Shown: positions 29,470 through 40,065 of the stretch, piece by piece
Layout of the letters: every line of letters begins with the position of its first letter
How positions within the stretch are numbered: position 1 is the stretch's first letter
DNA from: a virus
Direction: 5' to 3' (one strand)
Length of the DNA: 64,000 bases
Virus record (IMG/VR): IMGVR_UViG_3300027789_000015
Span: 2,441-66,440 of that record
Made by a program: the position numbers and the translations under genes
The notes under the pieces: model-generated
The model's database searches: none
Told to the model about the DNA's origin: nothing
The model's input: the letters and a program-made list of their open reading frames with translations, nothing else

Positions 29470-31596
29470 GTGAGCTGGACAAGTGCCGTGAAGAATCGCC
29501 CCCAGGAGAAGACTGCTGCGCGCGCCGTGCGCCAGCAGTTCAGTCGGCCGGCGTTCATCCCCGAGGTGATCGACTGGGCGCGGCTGGTCAGCCTGGACTT
29601 CGAGACCTACTACGACGCCGACTACACGCTCAGCAAGCTGAGCACCAGTGAGTACATCCGCGACGAGCGCTTCGAGGCGTTGATGGTCGGCATCAAGATC
29701 GGGCGCAAGAAGACGAAGGTCGTGCCCGGCCCGAAGATCGCGGCCGAGCTGCGCAAGATCCCCTGGTCGACGCACTCACTGCTGTGCCACAACACGCAGT
29801 TCGACGGCTTCATCCTCAGCCACCACTACAACATCCATCCGGTGCGCACCTACTGCTCGCTGTCGATGGCCCGGGGCCTCTACAGCAACGACATCGGTGC
29901 TGGCCTGGACGAGGTCTCGAAGTACCTGGGAGGCCAGGGCAAGATCGACGGCGGCGTCGAGGGCATGAAGGGCGTGCGCTTCAAGGAGCTGTTTAAGAAC
30001 AAGCCCTTGTGGAACCGCTCGGTGGCGTACTGCGGGCAGGACGTGGACGAGATGTTCAACGTCTTCGAGCGCATGGTGCCGCTGATGCCGCGCGAGGAGA
30101 TGGAGCTGATCCACATGACGAACCGGATGTTCATTCAGCCGGTGCTTCGCGTCGATCTGCCCCGCGTTGAGAAGGAGCTGGCTCGTGAGCTGGCCGAGCG
30201 CAAGAACCTGCTGCTCAACGTGCTCAACCCTGCCGATTACAACGAGGAAGAGACGAAGCAGATCTTGAAGACCAAGGCCGAGCGTGCCCTGGTCGGCGAG
30301 GAGCGCACGATGTTGTTCGCTCGCCGTGTCATCGGCAGCAACGAGCGCTTTGCCGACCTGCTGCGTAAGCTGGGCGTCAAGCCGCCGGTGAAGATCAGCC
30401 CAGCCTGGATGAAGAAGCCGGCGGCTGAGCGCACCGAGGAGGGCCAGTGGGCCTATGCATTCGCCAAGGACGATCAGGAGTTCATCAACCTGCCTGACGA
30501 CGTTGACAAGCTCGGCGACGACCTCGACCTCAACAAGAAGAAGGACATCGTCGAGCTGGCCGTGCGGCAGGCCCGCTTGCGGCTGCTGGTGGACTGCCGG
30601 CTGGCCGTCAAGTCGACGACGAACATCACCCGCGCTGAACGCTTCCTGAAGGCCGGCGCGGACGGCATGAAGCTACCCTGTGGCTATGCCTATGCGCGGG
30701 CCCACACGCTCCGCTGGGGCGGCAACAACAAGATGAACATGCAGAATCTCACCCGTGGTGGGGAACTGCGCCTGTCGATCCTGGCTGAAGAGGGCTACGA
30801 GCTGTGCGTCGCCGACTCGGGTCAGATCGAGTGCCGGGTCAACGGCTGGTTATGGGGTCAGGATGACCTCCTAGAGGCCTTCAGAGCGGCGGATTCGGGC
30901 ACAGGCATGGACGCCTACTGCCGGTTCGCCTCAGCGATCTATGGCCGCACCATCACGAAAGCCGACAAGACTGAGCGCTTCGTTGGCAAGGTGTGCGTCC
31001 TGGGCCTGGGGTTCCAGATGGGCGCACCCAAACTGCAGATCACCCTGGCGAAGGGCGCGCTCGGTGGCCCGCCGATCTACTTCGAGCTGGACCACTGCCA
31101 CGTCATCGTTAACACCTACCGGCGGATGAACAACCGCATCGAGGCCGGCTGGTCGAAGTGCAAGCAGATCATCGAAGAGATGGCTGCGGGCATCAAGGGC
31201 GCGCACGGGCCAATCTCCTGGGAAAAGGAGACGATCTGGTTGCCCAACGGCATGAGCCTACGCTACCCCGACCTGAAGAAGCGGATGGGGGACAAGGGCT
31301 ACGAGGAATGGACGTATCAAGCCAAGGACATCCGCAAGAAGATCTATGGCGGGCTGCTGTGCGAGAACATCGTGCAGGCCCTGGCACGGATCATCGTGGC
31401 CTACCAGATGATCGAGATCGACAAGATCGACCGCATCGTGATGACCACGCACGACGAGGCCGTCACCCACGTGAAGAAGGCCCGCGCACCGAAGGCCACC
31501 GAACGCATGATCAAGATCATGCAGACCTCGCTGCCCTGGTGCTTGGACCTGCCGCTGAACGCTGAGGGCGGGCACGATGTCAACTACTCGAAGTGA
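29470..31596 (+). CDS. DNA polymerase family A with 3'-5' exonuclease
   Basis: DFET, HNTQFD, YCGQD exo motifs; NMQNL, DSGQIECR (A), RFVGKVCVLGLGF (B), ENIVQ, THDE (C). Confidence 0.92.
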   Translation: MSWTSAVKNRPQEKTAARAVRQQFSRPAFIPEVIDWARLVSLDFETYYDADYTLSKLSTSEYIRDERFEALMVGIKIGRKKTKVVPGPKIAAELRKIPWSTHSLLCHNTQFDGFILSHHYNIHPVRTYCSLSMARGLYSNDIGAGLDEVSKYLGGQGKIDGGVEGMKGVRFKELFKNKPLWNRSVAYCGQDVDEMFNVFERMVPLMPREEMELIHMTNRMFIQPVLRVDLPRVEKELARELAERKNLLLNVLNPADYNEEETKQILKTKAERALVGEERTMLFARRVIGSNERFADLLRKLGVKPPVKISPAWMKKPAAERTEEGQWAYAFAKDDQEFINLPDDVDKLGDDLDLNKKKDIVELAVRQARLRLLVDCRLAVKSTTNITRAERFLKAGADGMKLPCGYAYARAHTLRWGGNNKMNMQNLTRGGELRLSILAEEGYELCVADSGQIECRVNGWLWGQDDLLEAFRAADSGTGMDAYCRFASAIYGRTITKADKTERFVGKVCVLGLGFQMGAPKLQITLAKGALGGPPIYFELDHCHVIVNTYRRMNNRIEAGWSKCKQIIEEMAAGIKGAHGPISWEKETIWLPNGMSLRYPDLKKRMGDKGYEEWTYQAKDIRKKIYGGLLCENIVQALARIIVAYQMIEIDKIDRIVMTTHDEAVTHVKKARAPKATERMIKIMQTSLPWCLDLPLNAEGGHDVNYSK

Positions 31597-31770
31597 ACGG
31601 CGCTACAAAGTCGTTAGCCTCGAACGGCGCAGCCCCGGTTGGGCCTGCTGCTTTGCCGGCTCTGACGGAAAGATCTATTGGCGCCACGGCCTCACTCGCT
31701 TCGGCGCGGTGCGCGCCTCAATCCGCAGTGAATGGGAACGCATCGCCTTGCGCACAGCTACTGCCCTCAC

Positions 31771-32160
31771 ATGAACAAGCCTCCGTCGAACTTCCACTAC
31801 CGCGACCGCCAGATCAAGGTCAACGCGATCACCCAGGCCCGCCTCATCAAGCTGATGCTCGAAGGCGACCGCAACTGTCAGGAGCTGGCCGACGAGACCG
31901 GCCTGCACTACGTCACGGTGTGCCAGTACACGCGCGAGCTGCATCGCGTCGGCGCGGTTCATATCGTCCGGTGGGACGAGGACCGCAACGGCCGGCAGAA
32001 CATCCGTGTCTACAAGATCGGTGTCGGCAAGGACGTGAAGCCCCGCCGCATGACGGTGGCCGAGCGGCAGACCCGCTACCGCCACAAGAAGCGCATGGCG
32101 ACCCAGCTCGGGCTCATCGGCGCGAAGGCCGCACCAGTGCTCGAAGAGGAGGCTGCATGA
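31771..32160 (+). CDS. Winged-HTH DNA-binding protein
   Basis: CQELADETGLHYVTVCQYTRELH helix-turn-helix. Confidence 0.7.
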   Translation: MNKPPSNFHYRDRQIKVNAITQARLIKLMLEGDRNCQELADETGLHYVTVCQYTRELHRVGAVHIVRWDEDRNGRQNIRVYKIGVGKDVKPRRMTVAERQTRYRHKKRMATQLGLIGAKAAPVLEEEAA

Positions 32161-32614
32161 GACACCAATGGCCAAGGGCCGACGTGGTCGAGACCGGGCT
32201 GGTGACTGACCCCGACTGTCGCGGCCACCACTATGTCAAGTGGCGGAACCCTTTCACAGGCCTCTTCATCGAGGTGTGGGGGGCCACCAAGACGCGGGCC
32301 TTCCGCCGCGCAATTTATGCGTGGCGCTTAGCCATGAAGGCGTATGTCGACGCTGTGGAGAAGGCGCTGCAATGACCGACGCCGAGATCATCGACTACCT
32401 CGCGCTCAGCTTGAAGGTGGCGCCCTACTGCGACGTGCAGATCGGCACGGTGTTCTTCACCTCCAAAAAGCCTGGGGACAAGCGCAGCCTGCGTGAACTT
32501 CTGACTGATGCCATCGCCGCCGACCGCGCGAACCCGCACGTCCAGGCCAAGATCGCCGACGCTGTGGCCAAAGAGATCACCAAAGAGATCATCAAAGATT
32601 CATCCGAGATTCTT

Positions 32615-32637
32615 GCACGATCTAACTAAGATCGTGC
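32615..32637. promoter_or_regulatory. Palindromic motif copy 3
   Basis: gcacgatct-aacta-agatcgtgc, upstream of the 32665 gene. Confidence 0.6.
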
Positions 32638-32664
32638 TACGATTCGTCCACCGAAGGAGAACGC

Positions 32665-33141
32665 ATGGCAACCGCCACCGCCAAGAAACCTGCCCCGTCC
32701 GCCACGGCCAACGCCAAGAAGACCAAGGACGCCACGGCCCGCAAGGTCGCCGAGGCCATCGCCCCCTCGAAGCTCGGCGAGATCGTCGATGAGATGTTCG
32801 ATCTGCGGGAGCAGAAGCGAAAGCTCGACGCCGAGGTCGCCCAGATCAGCGCCCTCTATGCCGAGAAGGAAACGCTCCTCATGGCACGCTTGGAGGACGA
32901 GAAGACCGACAAAGCCGCCGGCAAGAAGGCCACGGTGTCCATCACCACCGGCATCGTCGGCAACGTGGAGGACTGGTCGGCTGTCGAGGCCTTCGTCAAG
33001 AAGACCGGCAACTTCCAACTGTTTCAGCGCCGCATCGCCGACGCTGCCTATCGTGAACTTCTTGAGTCGCTGAAGGGCAAGCCTGTCCCCGGCATCAAGG
33101 AATTCCACAAGAAGCGCGTGAACCTGCGCGTGATTCCCTGA
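32665..33141 (+). CDS. Conserved phage replication-module hypothetical protein
   Basis: AAGGAG RBS; coiled coil, VEDW..FVKK, VPGI motifs. Confidence 0.75.
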   Translation: MATATAKKPAPSATANAKKTKDATARKVAEAIAPSKLGEIVDEMFDLREQKRKLDAEVAQISALYAEKETLLMARLEDEKTDKAAGKKATVSITTGIVGNVEDWSAVEAFVKKTGNFQLFQRRIADAAYRELLESLKGKPVPGIKEFHKKRVNLRVIP

Positions 33142-33159
33142 CCCCCAACGAGGAGCCTT

Positions 33160-33942
33160 ATGGCCACCAAAGCAACCACCCCCAAGCCCGCAGCGAAGGC
33201 CGCGAAGACCGACGTGGCCGTGCGCAAGCCGTCCACCGGGGCCATCGTGTCCATCAAGGACGCACTCAAGGCGCAGGCCGCAGCCATCGGCGAGCGCACC
33301 CAGCCGGCCAGCGGCAACCGCATCCGCACCAAGGGCAAGAACTTCATCCTGCCCGACGGCTCGGAAGCTGCGTCGCTCGACGTGATCATCGTGGACTTCA
33401 CCACGACCCACAAGTTCTACGAGGGCAACTACGACCCGAAGAACATCGTTCCCCCGGGCTGCTTCGCCATCGGCACGAACCCGCGCCAGATGACCCCGAG
33501 CGACGACTCGCCCAACAAGCAGGCCGACTCGTGCCAGGGTTGTCCCATGAACGAGTTCGGCTCGGCGGGCAACGGCAAGGCGTGCAAGAACGGCCGGCTG
33601 CTGGCGGTGTTGCCGCCCGACGCGGACAAAGACTCCGAGCTGTGGACCCTGGAGGTGTCGCCCACCGCCATCAAGGGCTTCGACGGCTACGTGGCCAGTG
33701 TGGCACGTCAGTTCGGCATGCCCCCGGTCAGCGTCATCACCACGGTGTCGCTGGACGATGCGGTCGACTACGCCAAGGTGGTGTTCTCCAACCCGGTGCC
33801 CAACGAGCGCCTGGAAATCGCCTACGCGCGCCAGGGTGAAGCCCAGGAGCTGCTGGCCGTCGAGCCCGACGTGAGCGGCTACAAGCCGCACGCTCCGGCG
33901 GGCCGTCCAGCCGCCAAGAAGGCCGCCCCGGCGCGTCGCTGA
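33160..33942 (+). CDS. Putative ssDNA-binding/annealing protein
   Basis: FYEGNYDP, CxxCPxNxFGS..GKACKN, VSPTAIK motifs seen in phage replication modules. Confidence 0.55.
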   Translation: MATKATTPKPAAKAAKTDVAVRKPSTGAIVSIKDALKAQAAAIGERTQPASGNRIRTKGKNFILPDGSEAASLDVIIVDFTTTHKFYEGNYDPKNIVPPGCFAIGTNPRQMTPSDDSPNKQADSCQGCPMNEFGSAGNGKACKNGRLLAVLPPDADKDSELWTLEVSPTAIKGFDGYVASVARQFGMPPVSVITTVSLDDAVDYAKVVFSNPVPNERLEIAYARQGEAQELLAVEPDVSGYKPHAPAGRPAAKKAAPARR

Positions 33943-34191
33943 AACCAGGGCGTCACTCGACGCCCTAACTGAGAATTCCAATGTCTGTTCGTAAGTGGTA
34001 TGTCTCCGAGGCGCTCACCTCTTTCGCACGCCTCAGCGAACTTCTGCCCGAACTGACGGAGGAAGAGGTGCTCGCGTGTCTCCGCTTGGAGGCCGCGAGC
34101 AACCGCCGTGAGACGGTGATCAACCGTCTCATCTCCCGCGCAGCTCGCCTCAATGAGCTGTCCTACGTAGCCAAACTCAAGGAACAATTCC

Positions 34192-34593
34192 ATGGCTCGC
34201 TTTTCCGTCAAGAACCAGTCCCCGGCCGAACTGAAGACCCTCAACAAGGAGCTGACCGCCAGCCTGAAGGCGCTGGAGGCCAGCGCCAAGCTGGGCGCCA
34301 AGACCCTCGCCGACGCCAACAAGGCCTACGCCACCGCCGCGGTTGAAGCCAACAAGACCTACACCGCTGCGGGCAAGGTCTACGACGCCGCAGTGAAGGA
34401 AGCCGAGAAGACGTTGCGCACTGCTGCCAAGGCTCGCGCCGACGCCATCAAGGCCGCAGACGCCACCCTGGCCACCGCCAAGAAGACCGGCGAGAAGGAA
34501 GCCGCCAAGCTGACCGTGCAGATCGACGCCCACAAGGCGAAGATCGAGCAGGTCAAGGCCGCGCTGGCTGCACCCGCAACCGAAGACGCCTGA
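34192..34593 (+). CDS. Ala/Lys-rich helical protein
   Basis: AAGGA RBS, strong codon bias; followed by a gcccagccc-ttcg-gggctgggc hairpin. Confidence 0.7.
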   Translation: MARFSVKNQSPAELKTLNKELTASLKALEASAKLGAKTLADANKAYATAAVEANKTYTAAGKVYDAAVKEAEKTLRTAAKARADAIKAADATLATAKKTGEKEAAKLTVQIDAHKAKIEQVKAALAAPATEDA

Positions 34594-34656
34594 TCGGCGG
34601 GCGTCGTGCCCAGCCCTTCGGGGCTGGGCTCCTTCACTCAACACGATTGGGGCATC

Positions 34657-35217
34657 GTGAGCGACCTGATGATTGACTTGGAAACCCTTGGCACGAACAC
34701 CGACTCGGTGATCATCGCCATTGGTGCCTGCAAATTCGACCTGACCGCCGGAACAATCGACGATGAGGGCTTCTACGCCAGCGTCAGCATCGAGTCGAAC
34801 CTCGCGATAGGTCGCACTATCTCCGAGAGCACGCTGATGTGGTGGATGCAACAGTCCCCCGAAGCACGGCGTGTGTTCGGCGAAGAGAAGGTGCCCCTCG
34901 TGGCCGCGCTCGAAGACTTCGAGACGTGGCTGGGCGGCAAGAAGCTGCGTCCGTGGGGCAACGGCCCGACGTTCGACCTGGGCAAGGTTGCCCATGCGTT
35001 CCACCAGCACGGCTGGGAAGCCCCATGGGACTACTGGGACGAGCGATGCTGCCGCACCTACCGCGCCCTCCCTGGCGCGAAGACCGTGCCCCGCCCCGCC
35101 CCGGCCATCGCCCACCATGCGCTGCATGATGCTGTGGCGCAGGCCCAGTGGATGATCGACATCCACAAGGCGGTGTTCGTGGAGGGCCGTGCCCGCAGCT
35201 CGATGGTGCGGTCATGA
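34657..35217 (+). CDS. DEDD 3'-5' exonuclease (Rv2179c-like)
   Basis: MIDLETLG, WGNGxxFD, HHALHDA. Confidence 0.85.
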   Translation: MSDLMIDLETLGTNTDSVIIAIGACKFDLTAGTIDDEGFYASVSIESNLAIGRTISESTLMWWMQQSPEARRVFGEEKVPLVAALEDFETWLGGKKLRPWGNGPTFDLGKVAHAFHQHGWEAPWDYWDERCCRTYRALPGAKTVPRPAPAIAHHALHDAVAQAQWMIDIHKAVFVEGRARSSMVRS

Positions 35218-35696
35218 GCGCGTCGAAGGACACGAACCCCAAGGACGCCATCGGCATCCGCAAGGTGGCGTTCTCCGTGCTCCCCTGGCGCGTGCTCTAC
35301 CGCATCGCGCTGGGCATGATGGAGGGCGCGGCCAAGTACGGCCGGCACAACTACCGCGCGGTGGGGTGCCGAGCCTCGGTCTACTTCGACGCCACGGTGG
35401 CCCGCCACATCGGCCCCTGGTGGGAGGGCGAGGACATCGACCCCGACAGCGGCGAGCACCACATCGACAAGGCCATCACCAGCCTCATGGTGATGCGTGA
35501 CTCGATGCTGGAGGGCAACTTTGTCGACGACCGCCCGCCTCGTGGCAACCTCGACATGGCCGCGCTGAACGAGCGCGCTGGCGTGATCCTCGACCGGCAT
35601 GCCGACAAGCACCCGCACCACTACACCGAGGCGGACCGCGTGCCTGAGCCTCGCACTGGCACTGTCACCCTCGTACCTCCGGGGACGACCTTCTGA
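35214..35696 (+). CDS. dATP/dGTP diphosphohydrolase-like (DUF5664)
   Basis: NPKD..G..K, GAAKYGRHNYR, RH..WWEGEDIDPDSGEHH. Confidence 0.8.
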   Translation: MSASKDTNPKDAIGIRKVAFSVLPWRVLYRIALGMMEGAAKYGRHNYRAVGCRASVYFDATVARHIGPWWEGEDIDPDSGEHHIDKAITSLMVMRDSMLEGNFVDDRPPRGNLDMAALNERAGVILDRHADKHPHHYTEADRVPEPRTGTVTLVPPGTTF

Positions 35697-36115
35697 TGTC
35701 GAAGCCCGAGAACACCTTCATCGCCAGCGTACACGCGCACCTCCCGCCGAGGGATCTCCTGCACCGGGAGAAGATGAACAACCCGTACAACAGCGGCACG
35801 GCGGATGTCTGGTACAGCGGCCGTCGCGACCTGTGGATCGAGTACAAGTACCTCGTCATCCCTGTGCGCGATACCACGGTCGTCGACCTGACTGCCGGCA
35901 AAGACCCGTCGCTGTCCGCGCTTCAACAGGACTGGCTGGCCCGTCGCCACGGCGAGGGGCGCAATGTGTGGCTCATCGTCGGCACTCCGAAGGGCGGCGT
36001 GCTGTTCACGGGGCGCGAGTGGGAGAAGCCGCACACGGCCAAGAACTACCGAGAGTGGCTCATGACGAGAGCCCTGGTTGCCGAAACGATCCAAAGTTTT
36101 GTGGAGACTCCGTGA
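35696..36115 (+). CDS. VRR-NUC/resolvase-type PD-(D/E)XK nuclease
   Basis: ExxF, GTAD, WIEYK, LSALQQDWL. Confidence 0.75.
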   Translation: MSKPENTFIASVHAHLPPRDLLHREKMNNPYNSGTADVWYSGRRDLWIEYKYLVIPVRDTTVVDLTAGKDPSLSALQQDWLARRHGEGRNVWLIVGTPKGGVLFTGREWEKPHTAKNYREWLMTRALVAETIQSFVETP

Positions 36116-36498
36116 TCAATTTCCAACCGTTGTTTACGACGACCCGTGTCGTCGTGTCGGTTTACAGACTCGCTTCCACAATGATCCTCCTGTACTACCT
36201 GACCCGCCACCGCAAAGATGGCCGGGAGTTTCCACGAGACCGGCGGCTCGACCGCTTCCGGCGCTGACGTGTTCGTACAGGCGATCAACGACCATGCCAA
36301 GAAGGAGGGCTGGCACCTCGTGACGACCTTCGAGAACGGCACGACGAAGCCCCTCTGGGACATCGCCGGCATCTCGATGTCGCACCGCGAGGCCCAGCAG
36401 TTCGTCCTGGCCAAGGCGAAGGCTTCCTCTTCGATCCACATCGAAGCCCTGCGGCTCGTCATGCAGAGCCGTGTCCCCACCTCTACTCGGAAGAAACG

Positions 36499-37383
36499 AT
36501 GACTTTCAAGCCCATGCTGGCATCGCCGGCGAACCTCGACACCCTGCGCTGGCCCAAGCTGGCCTCGCCCAAGCTCGACGGCATCCGCGCGGCGGTGGTC
36601 GGTGGCAAGCTGCTCAGTCGCTCGCTCAAGCCGATCCCGAATCGCTTTATCAGCGACATGCTCAGCGACCCGCAGCTCAACGGCTTCGACGGCGAGCTGA
36701 TCATCGGCCCGCCGACCGCCAAGGACGTGTACCTGCAGTCCGTGAGCGGCGTAATGCGCCAGGAGGGCACACCCGACTTCATCTACCACCTGTTCGACCT
36801 GCACGACATGCCGGGCGCTGGCTACTCGAAGCGGCTCACGCAACTGCAGGCCGACGTGGGCGGCTTCGGCGCACGCGAGATGTTCTACATCCGTCAACGA
36901 GTGGTGCGCCAGGACGTGATCCGCAACCTCGACGAGTTCCACGTCTACGAGGCGAAGGTGATCGAGGAGGGCTACGAGGGCGTGATGCTCCGTGATCCTG
37001 AAGGCGTCTACAAGTTCGGACGCAGCACGGCGAACGAGGAGCTACTGCTCAAGGTGAAGCGCTTCGCCGACAGCGAGGCCGAGATCATCGGCATCGAAGA
37101 GGAGATGTTCAACGGCAACGCGGCCGAGACCAACGAGCTGGGCCGCACCAAGCGCAGCACAGCGAAGGCCGGGCTCGTGGGCAAGGGCACGATGGGCGCG
37201 CTGCGTGTGCGTGACATCCACCGCGGCTGGGAGTTCTGCATCGGCACCGGCTTCACCGCTGATCAGCGGGCGCAGCCGTGGAAGATCGGCACAGTCCACA
37301 AGTACAAGTATTTCCCGATTGGCATGAAGGACGTACCGCGCCATCCGGTGTACATCGGCCCTCGCTCGAAGCTCGACCTGTGA
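36499..37383 (+). CDS. ATP-dependent DNA ligase
   Basis: KPMLA, KLDGIR, FDGEL, EGVMLR, LLKVK, GTGF, PRHPVY. Confidence 0.92.
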   Translation: MTFKPMLASPANLDTLRWPKLASPKLDGIRAAVVGGKLLSRSLKPIPNRFISDMLSDPQLNGFDGELIIGPPTAKDVYLQSVSGVMRQEGTPDFIYHLFDLHDMPGAGYSKRLTQLQADVGGFGAREMFYIRQRVVRQDVIRNLDEFHVYEAKVIEEGYEGVMLRDPEGVYKFGRSTANEELLLKVKRFADSEAEIIGIEEEMFNGNAAETNELGRTKRSTAKAGLVGKGTMGALRVRDIHRGWEFCIGTGFTADQRAQPWKIGTVHKYKYFPIGMKDVPRHPVYIGPRSKLDL

Positions 37384-39423
37384 GCACCAACAAGCTCATT
37401 CGCGAGGTCAAGCGCGGGGCCACGAAGCTGGGAGCCAAGGTGACCGAGTCGAAGAACCTCTCCGGCCATATTCGGCTGGTGATTCACCACGAGGACGGCC
37501 GTGACCAGAAGCTCGTCATGGCGTCTTCGCCGAAGGTCTACGAGGCTACGCTGGCGAACACCCTGGCCTGGATCAAACGGTTCAAGGAAGGTAGGACATG
37601 AGCCCACACTACATCGCTCTAGCGATGGCCCATCGCTTCGTGGTCGGCCATCGGTTGCCGGGCCAGCACGAGGTGTATGGCATCGACGTGGACTGCCCGT
37701 CGATGGAAGACGCTCAAGCAGTCGCCACGCGCATGAACGAGGAGCGCGAGCGTCAGCTCGCAGCCGACATGCGCCGGCAACGTGAGGAAGGGCGTCGTGA
37801 CTAGCCGTCGATGGGCTCGTAATCACCGGCTGAAGTGCCTGTGTGGCGGCTATCATTTTCCCCACCGGCGAGCAGGTGGGGCGTGTGATCACTCCAAGAC
37901 CCGCGACTTCCATCTGGCCATGCGCCAGGGGCCTGCGGCCGTCATTGACTACCACCTCGAAGCTGCCTTCAAGGCCGCGCCGAGTACAACACAGGAGTGC
38001 CCGTTTTGACCTTCGCTGCGACATTCGGATTTCGTTACCCTGACCTGGGTGACCCCAAGCCCCGAGCGGACCAAGAGGTACTCTTGATCCGCGAGGGCGG
38101 CAAGCATGAACGTGGCGTCTGGAAGGACGACGGCACGTGCAAGGCGTGGGCGTTGCTGCACGCCAAAGACCGCAAGAAACCAACCAAGGAGAGCACGTCA
38201 TGAAGGTCATCAAGCTGCACCACCACGAGAACGATGAGGATGCCTACGGGGCCCGCTATGCCGGCACACTGGGCGACGCCAAGAAGGAAGCCGCCGAGAT
38301 CCCCAAGCATCTCCGCGCGGACGTGGTCGCCGAGGAGTACGACCTGCAGACCGACAAGGAAGGCATCGTGTCCATGCTCAACGGCGCTCCGCTCCTCGGC
38401 AAGGCCCTGCGCACCTGGGGCGTGACCGCTCGTGGTGCGTTGAAGGAAGAGTGATGGGCTGGGGCGGCTACGGGTGGGGTAACCACTCCCCGCAGACCGC
38501 ACGCGACGTGGCCAAGGCGTTCTATGCCGGCCGAGCGCGCAAGCGGAGCAACTGCGAGACCAACGGGCGTACCTATCGGCTTTGCGGTAGCATCATCGCT
38601 CGCCGCATTCCTGACGACGAGGTGGCGAACGAGGTGGCCAAGGCCATCGAAGGGCAAACCGTCCAGCGGCTGTTGGAGTTCTCCTTCTGCGGCTGGCCGA
38701 CCGAGATGACTTGTCGGCACCTCAAGATTCTAGGGGTCGACGCCTGCATCGGCCGGGACTGGCATACCGGCCCCAAGGGTGGTCGCGGCGACGCGTTCGA
38801 CGTGCCCCTCATGAACGGCCGGGAGGTCAAGTCCACGGTCTTTTATACCTTGCAGGAGCTGGCGACGATGCCGGAGTGGGAGCCCAGCTTCAAGCCTCAA
38901 ATGACTGCCTGGGCCGAGTCTCCCAGCAAACGGCAACTTGCTTTGGAGTTCGCATGAAGTCCGTCGTGTGGTTCGACCCTGTGTCAGGGCATTGCCACTT
39001 CTACGCAACCAACGAGCCGAAGGTGCGGCAGAGCTACATCGACGAGGGGTGGGTAGAGTTCTTGCCGCCGTGCGTCGAACGAGCGCCAAGCGCCCTGGTC
39101 GACGCCGCACGCAACGTCATGCGGATCTGGGACAGCCCTCAACCAACGAACTATAAACGCGCCGAGAAGGCGTTCACTGACTTGCGCGTGGCGACCATGT
39201 GGGCCGCGCTGAAGGAAACGTCATGAGATTGATCCGAGCGTGCTCTGTTCTCATCCTCGCCCTTTGGAGCGTGGCCTTCGCGATCCATTACTTTGGCTTG
39301 AGCCTCTTTGGCGCGTGGTACGGCTACCCGCTTACCGTCACGAGCCTTCTGTTCGTAGTGGCTGTCCCGCTCTGGGTCGATCATCTTTACGAAGCCAAGG
39401 ACATCGCCGAGGAAACATCATGA
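37380..39423 (+). CDS. Cluster of small hypothetical ORFs (e.g. 37598-37804, 38200-38454, 38451-38957)
   Basis: Overlapping start/stop coupling. Confidence 0.55.
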
Positions 39424-39962
39424 AGGCACGCCTCCTCACCAAGCAGGAGTGGCATCGTGTCCGCGCTGCGCGCGGCGAAGCCATGACCGGGCAGCACGCT
39501 CACCGAGCCAAGTCCGTCCCGATTGATCCCGCCAACCCGACCTTCGTCCGTGGTGTCGGCAAGACCTACTACTGGTGCATGGGCGGTGGCGAACCTGAAG
39601 ACGCCCAACGACGGCGCTCAGCGGCTGCCCGCTGGGCATACCGAGTAACCACGCTGCTGGCGGCAGTCCGCTGCAGCAACCTGTTCGGCCTCTGGCGCCG
39701 AAGCGAAAGGACAGTGATGGACAAAGAAGCATTGACGCCGGCCGCGATGGTGCGCGGCAGACGCTACAACTGGAAAGGCCAGCCAGAGCGCCTGGAGTAC
39801 CTGGGCAAGTGGGGCTCTTGGCACCAGTTCGCCAAGGTCGGATGCATCGGTGAGGTGTGGTGCGAGGTGCAAGGCGCAGACCTGCCCATGCTGGAAGAAA
39901 CGACGGCGCCGCGCGAACCCGCACACGGCTGCGGGCACATGCAAGGCCGGGGCGCCGCGTGA
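39420..39962 (+). CDS. ORF reading through attC1 into the cassette ORF 39717-39962
   Basis: ATG 39420 and internal ATG 39717 (AAAGGA RBS) are in the same frame with no stop between. Confidence 0.6.
   Translation: MKARLLTKQEWHRVRAARGEAMTGQHAHRAKSVPIDPANPTFVRGVGKTYYWCMGGGEPEDAQRRRSAAARWAYRVTTLLAAVRCSNLFGLWRRSERTVMDKEALTPAAMVRGRRYNWKGQPERLEYLGKWGSWHQFAKVGCIGEVWCEVQGADLPMLEETTAPREPAHGCGHMQGRGAA
39603..39689 (-). mobile_element. Integron attC site 1
   Basis: Minus strand: GCCGAAC-aggtt-GCTGCAGC-GGAC...CC-GCTGAGC-gccgtc-GTTGGGC. Confidence 0.85.
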
Positions 39963-39963
39963 G

Positions 39964-40050
39964 GCCGAACGCAAAACTGAACGGGGCGCCGTGACGCAAT
40001 AGCCGGAGCGAGCTACTGCCGTAGCGCCTCCGTTCGAGTGACTGTTAGGC
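39964..40050 (-). mobile_element. Integron attC site 2
   Basis: Minus strand: GCCTAAC-agtc-ACTCGAAC-GGA...CC-GTTCAGT-tttgc-GTTCGGC. Confidence 0.8.
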
Positions 40051-40065
40051 CTGTGGCCGGAGAGG

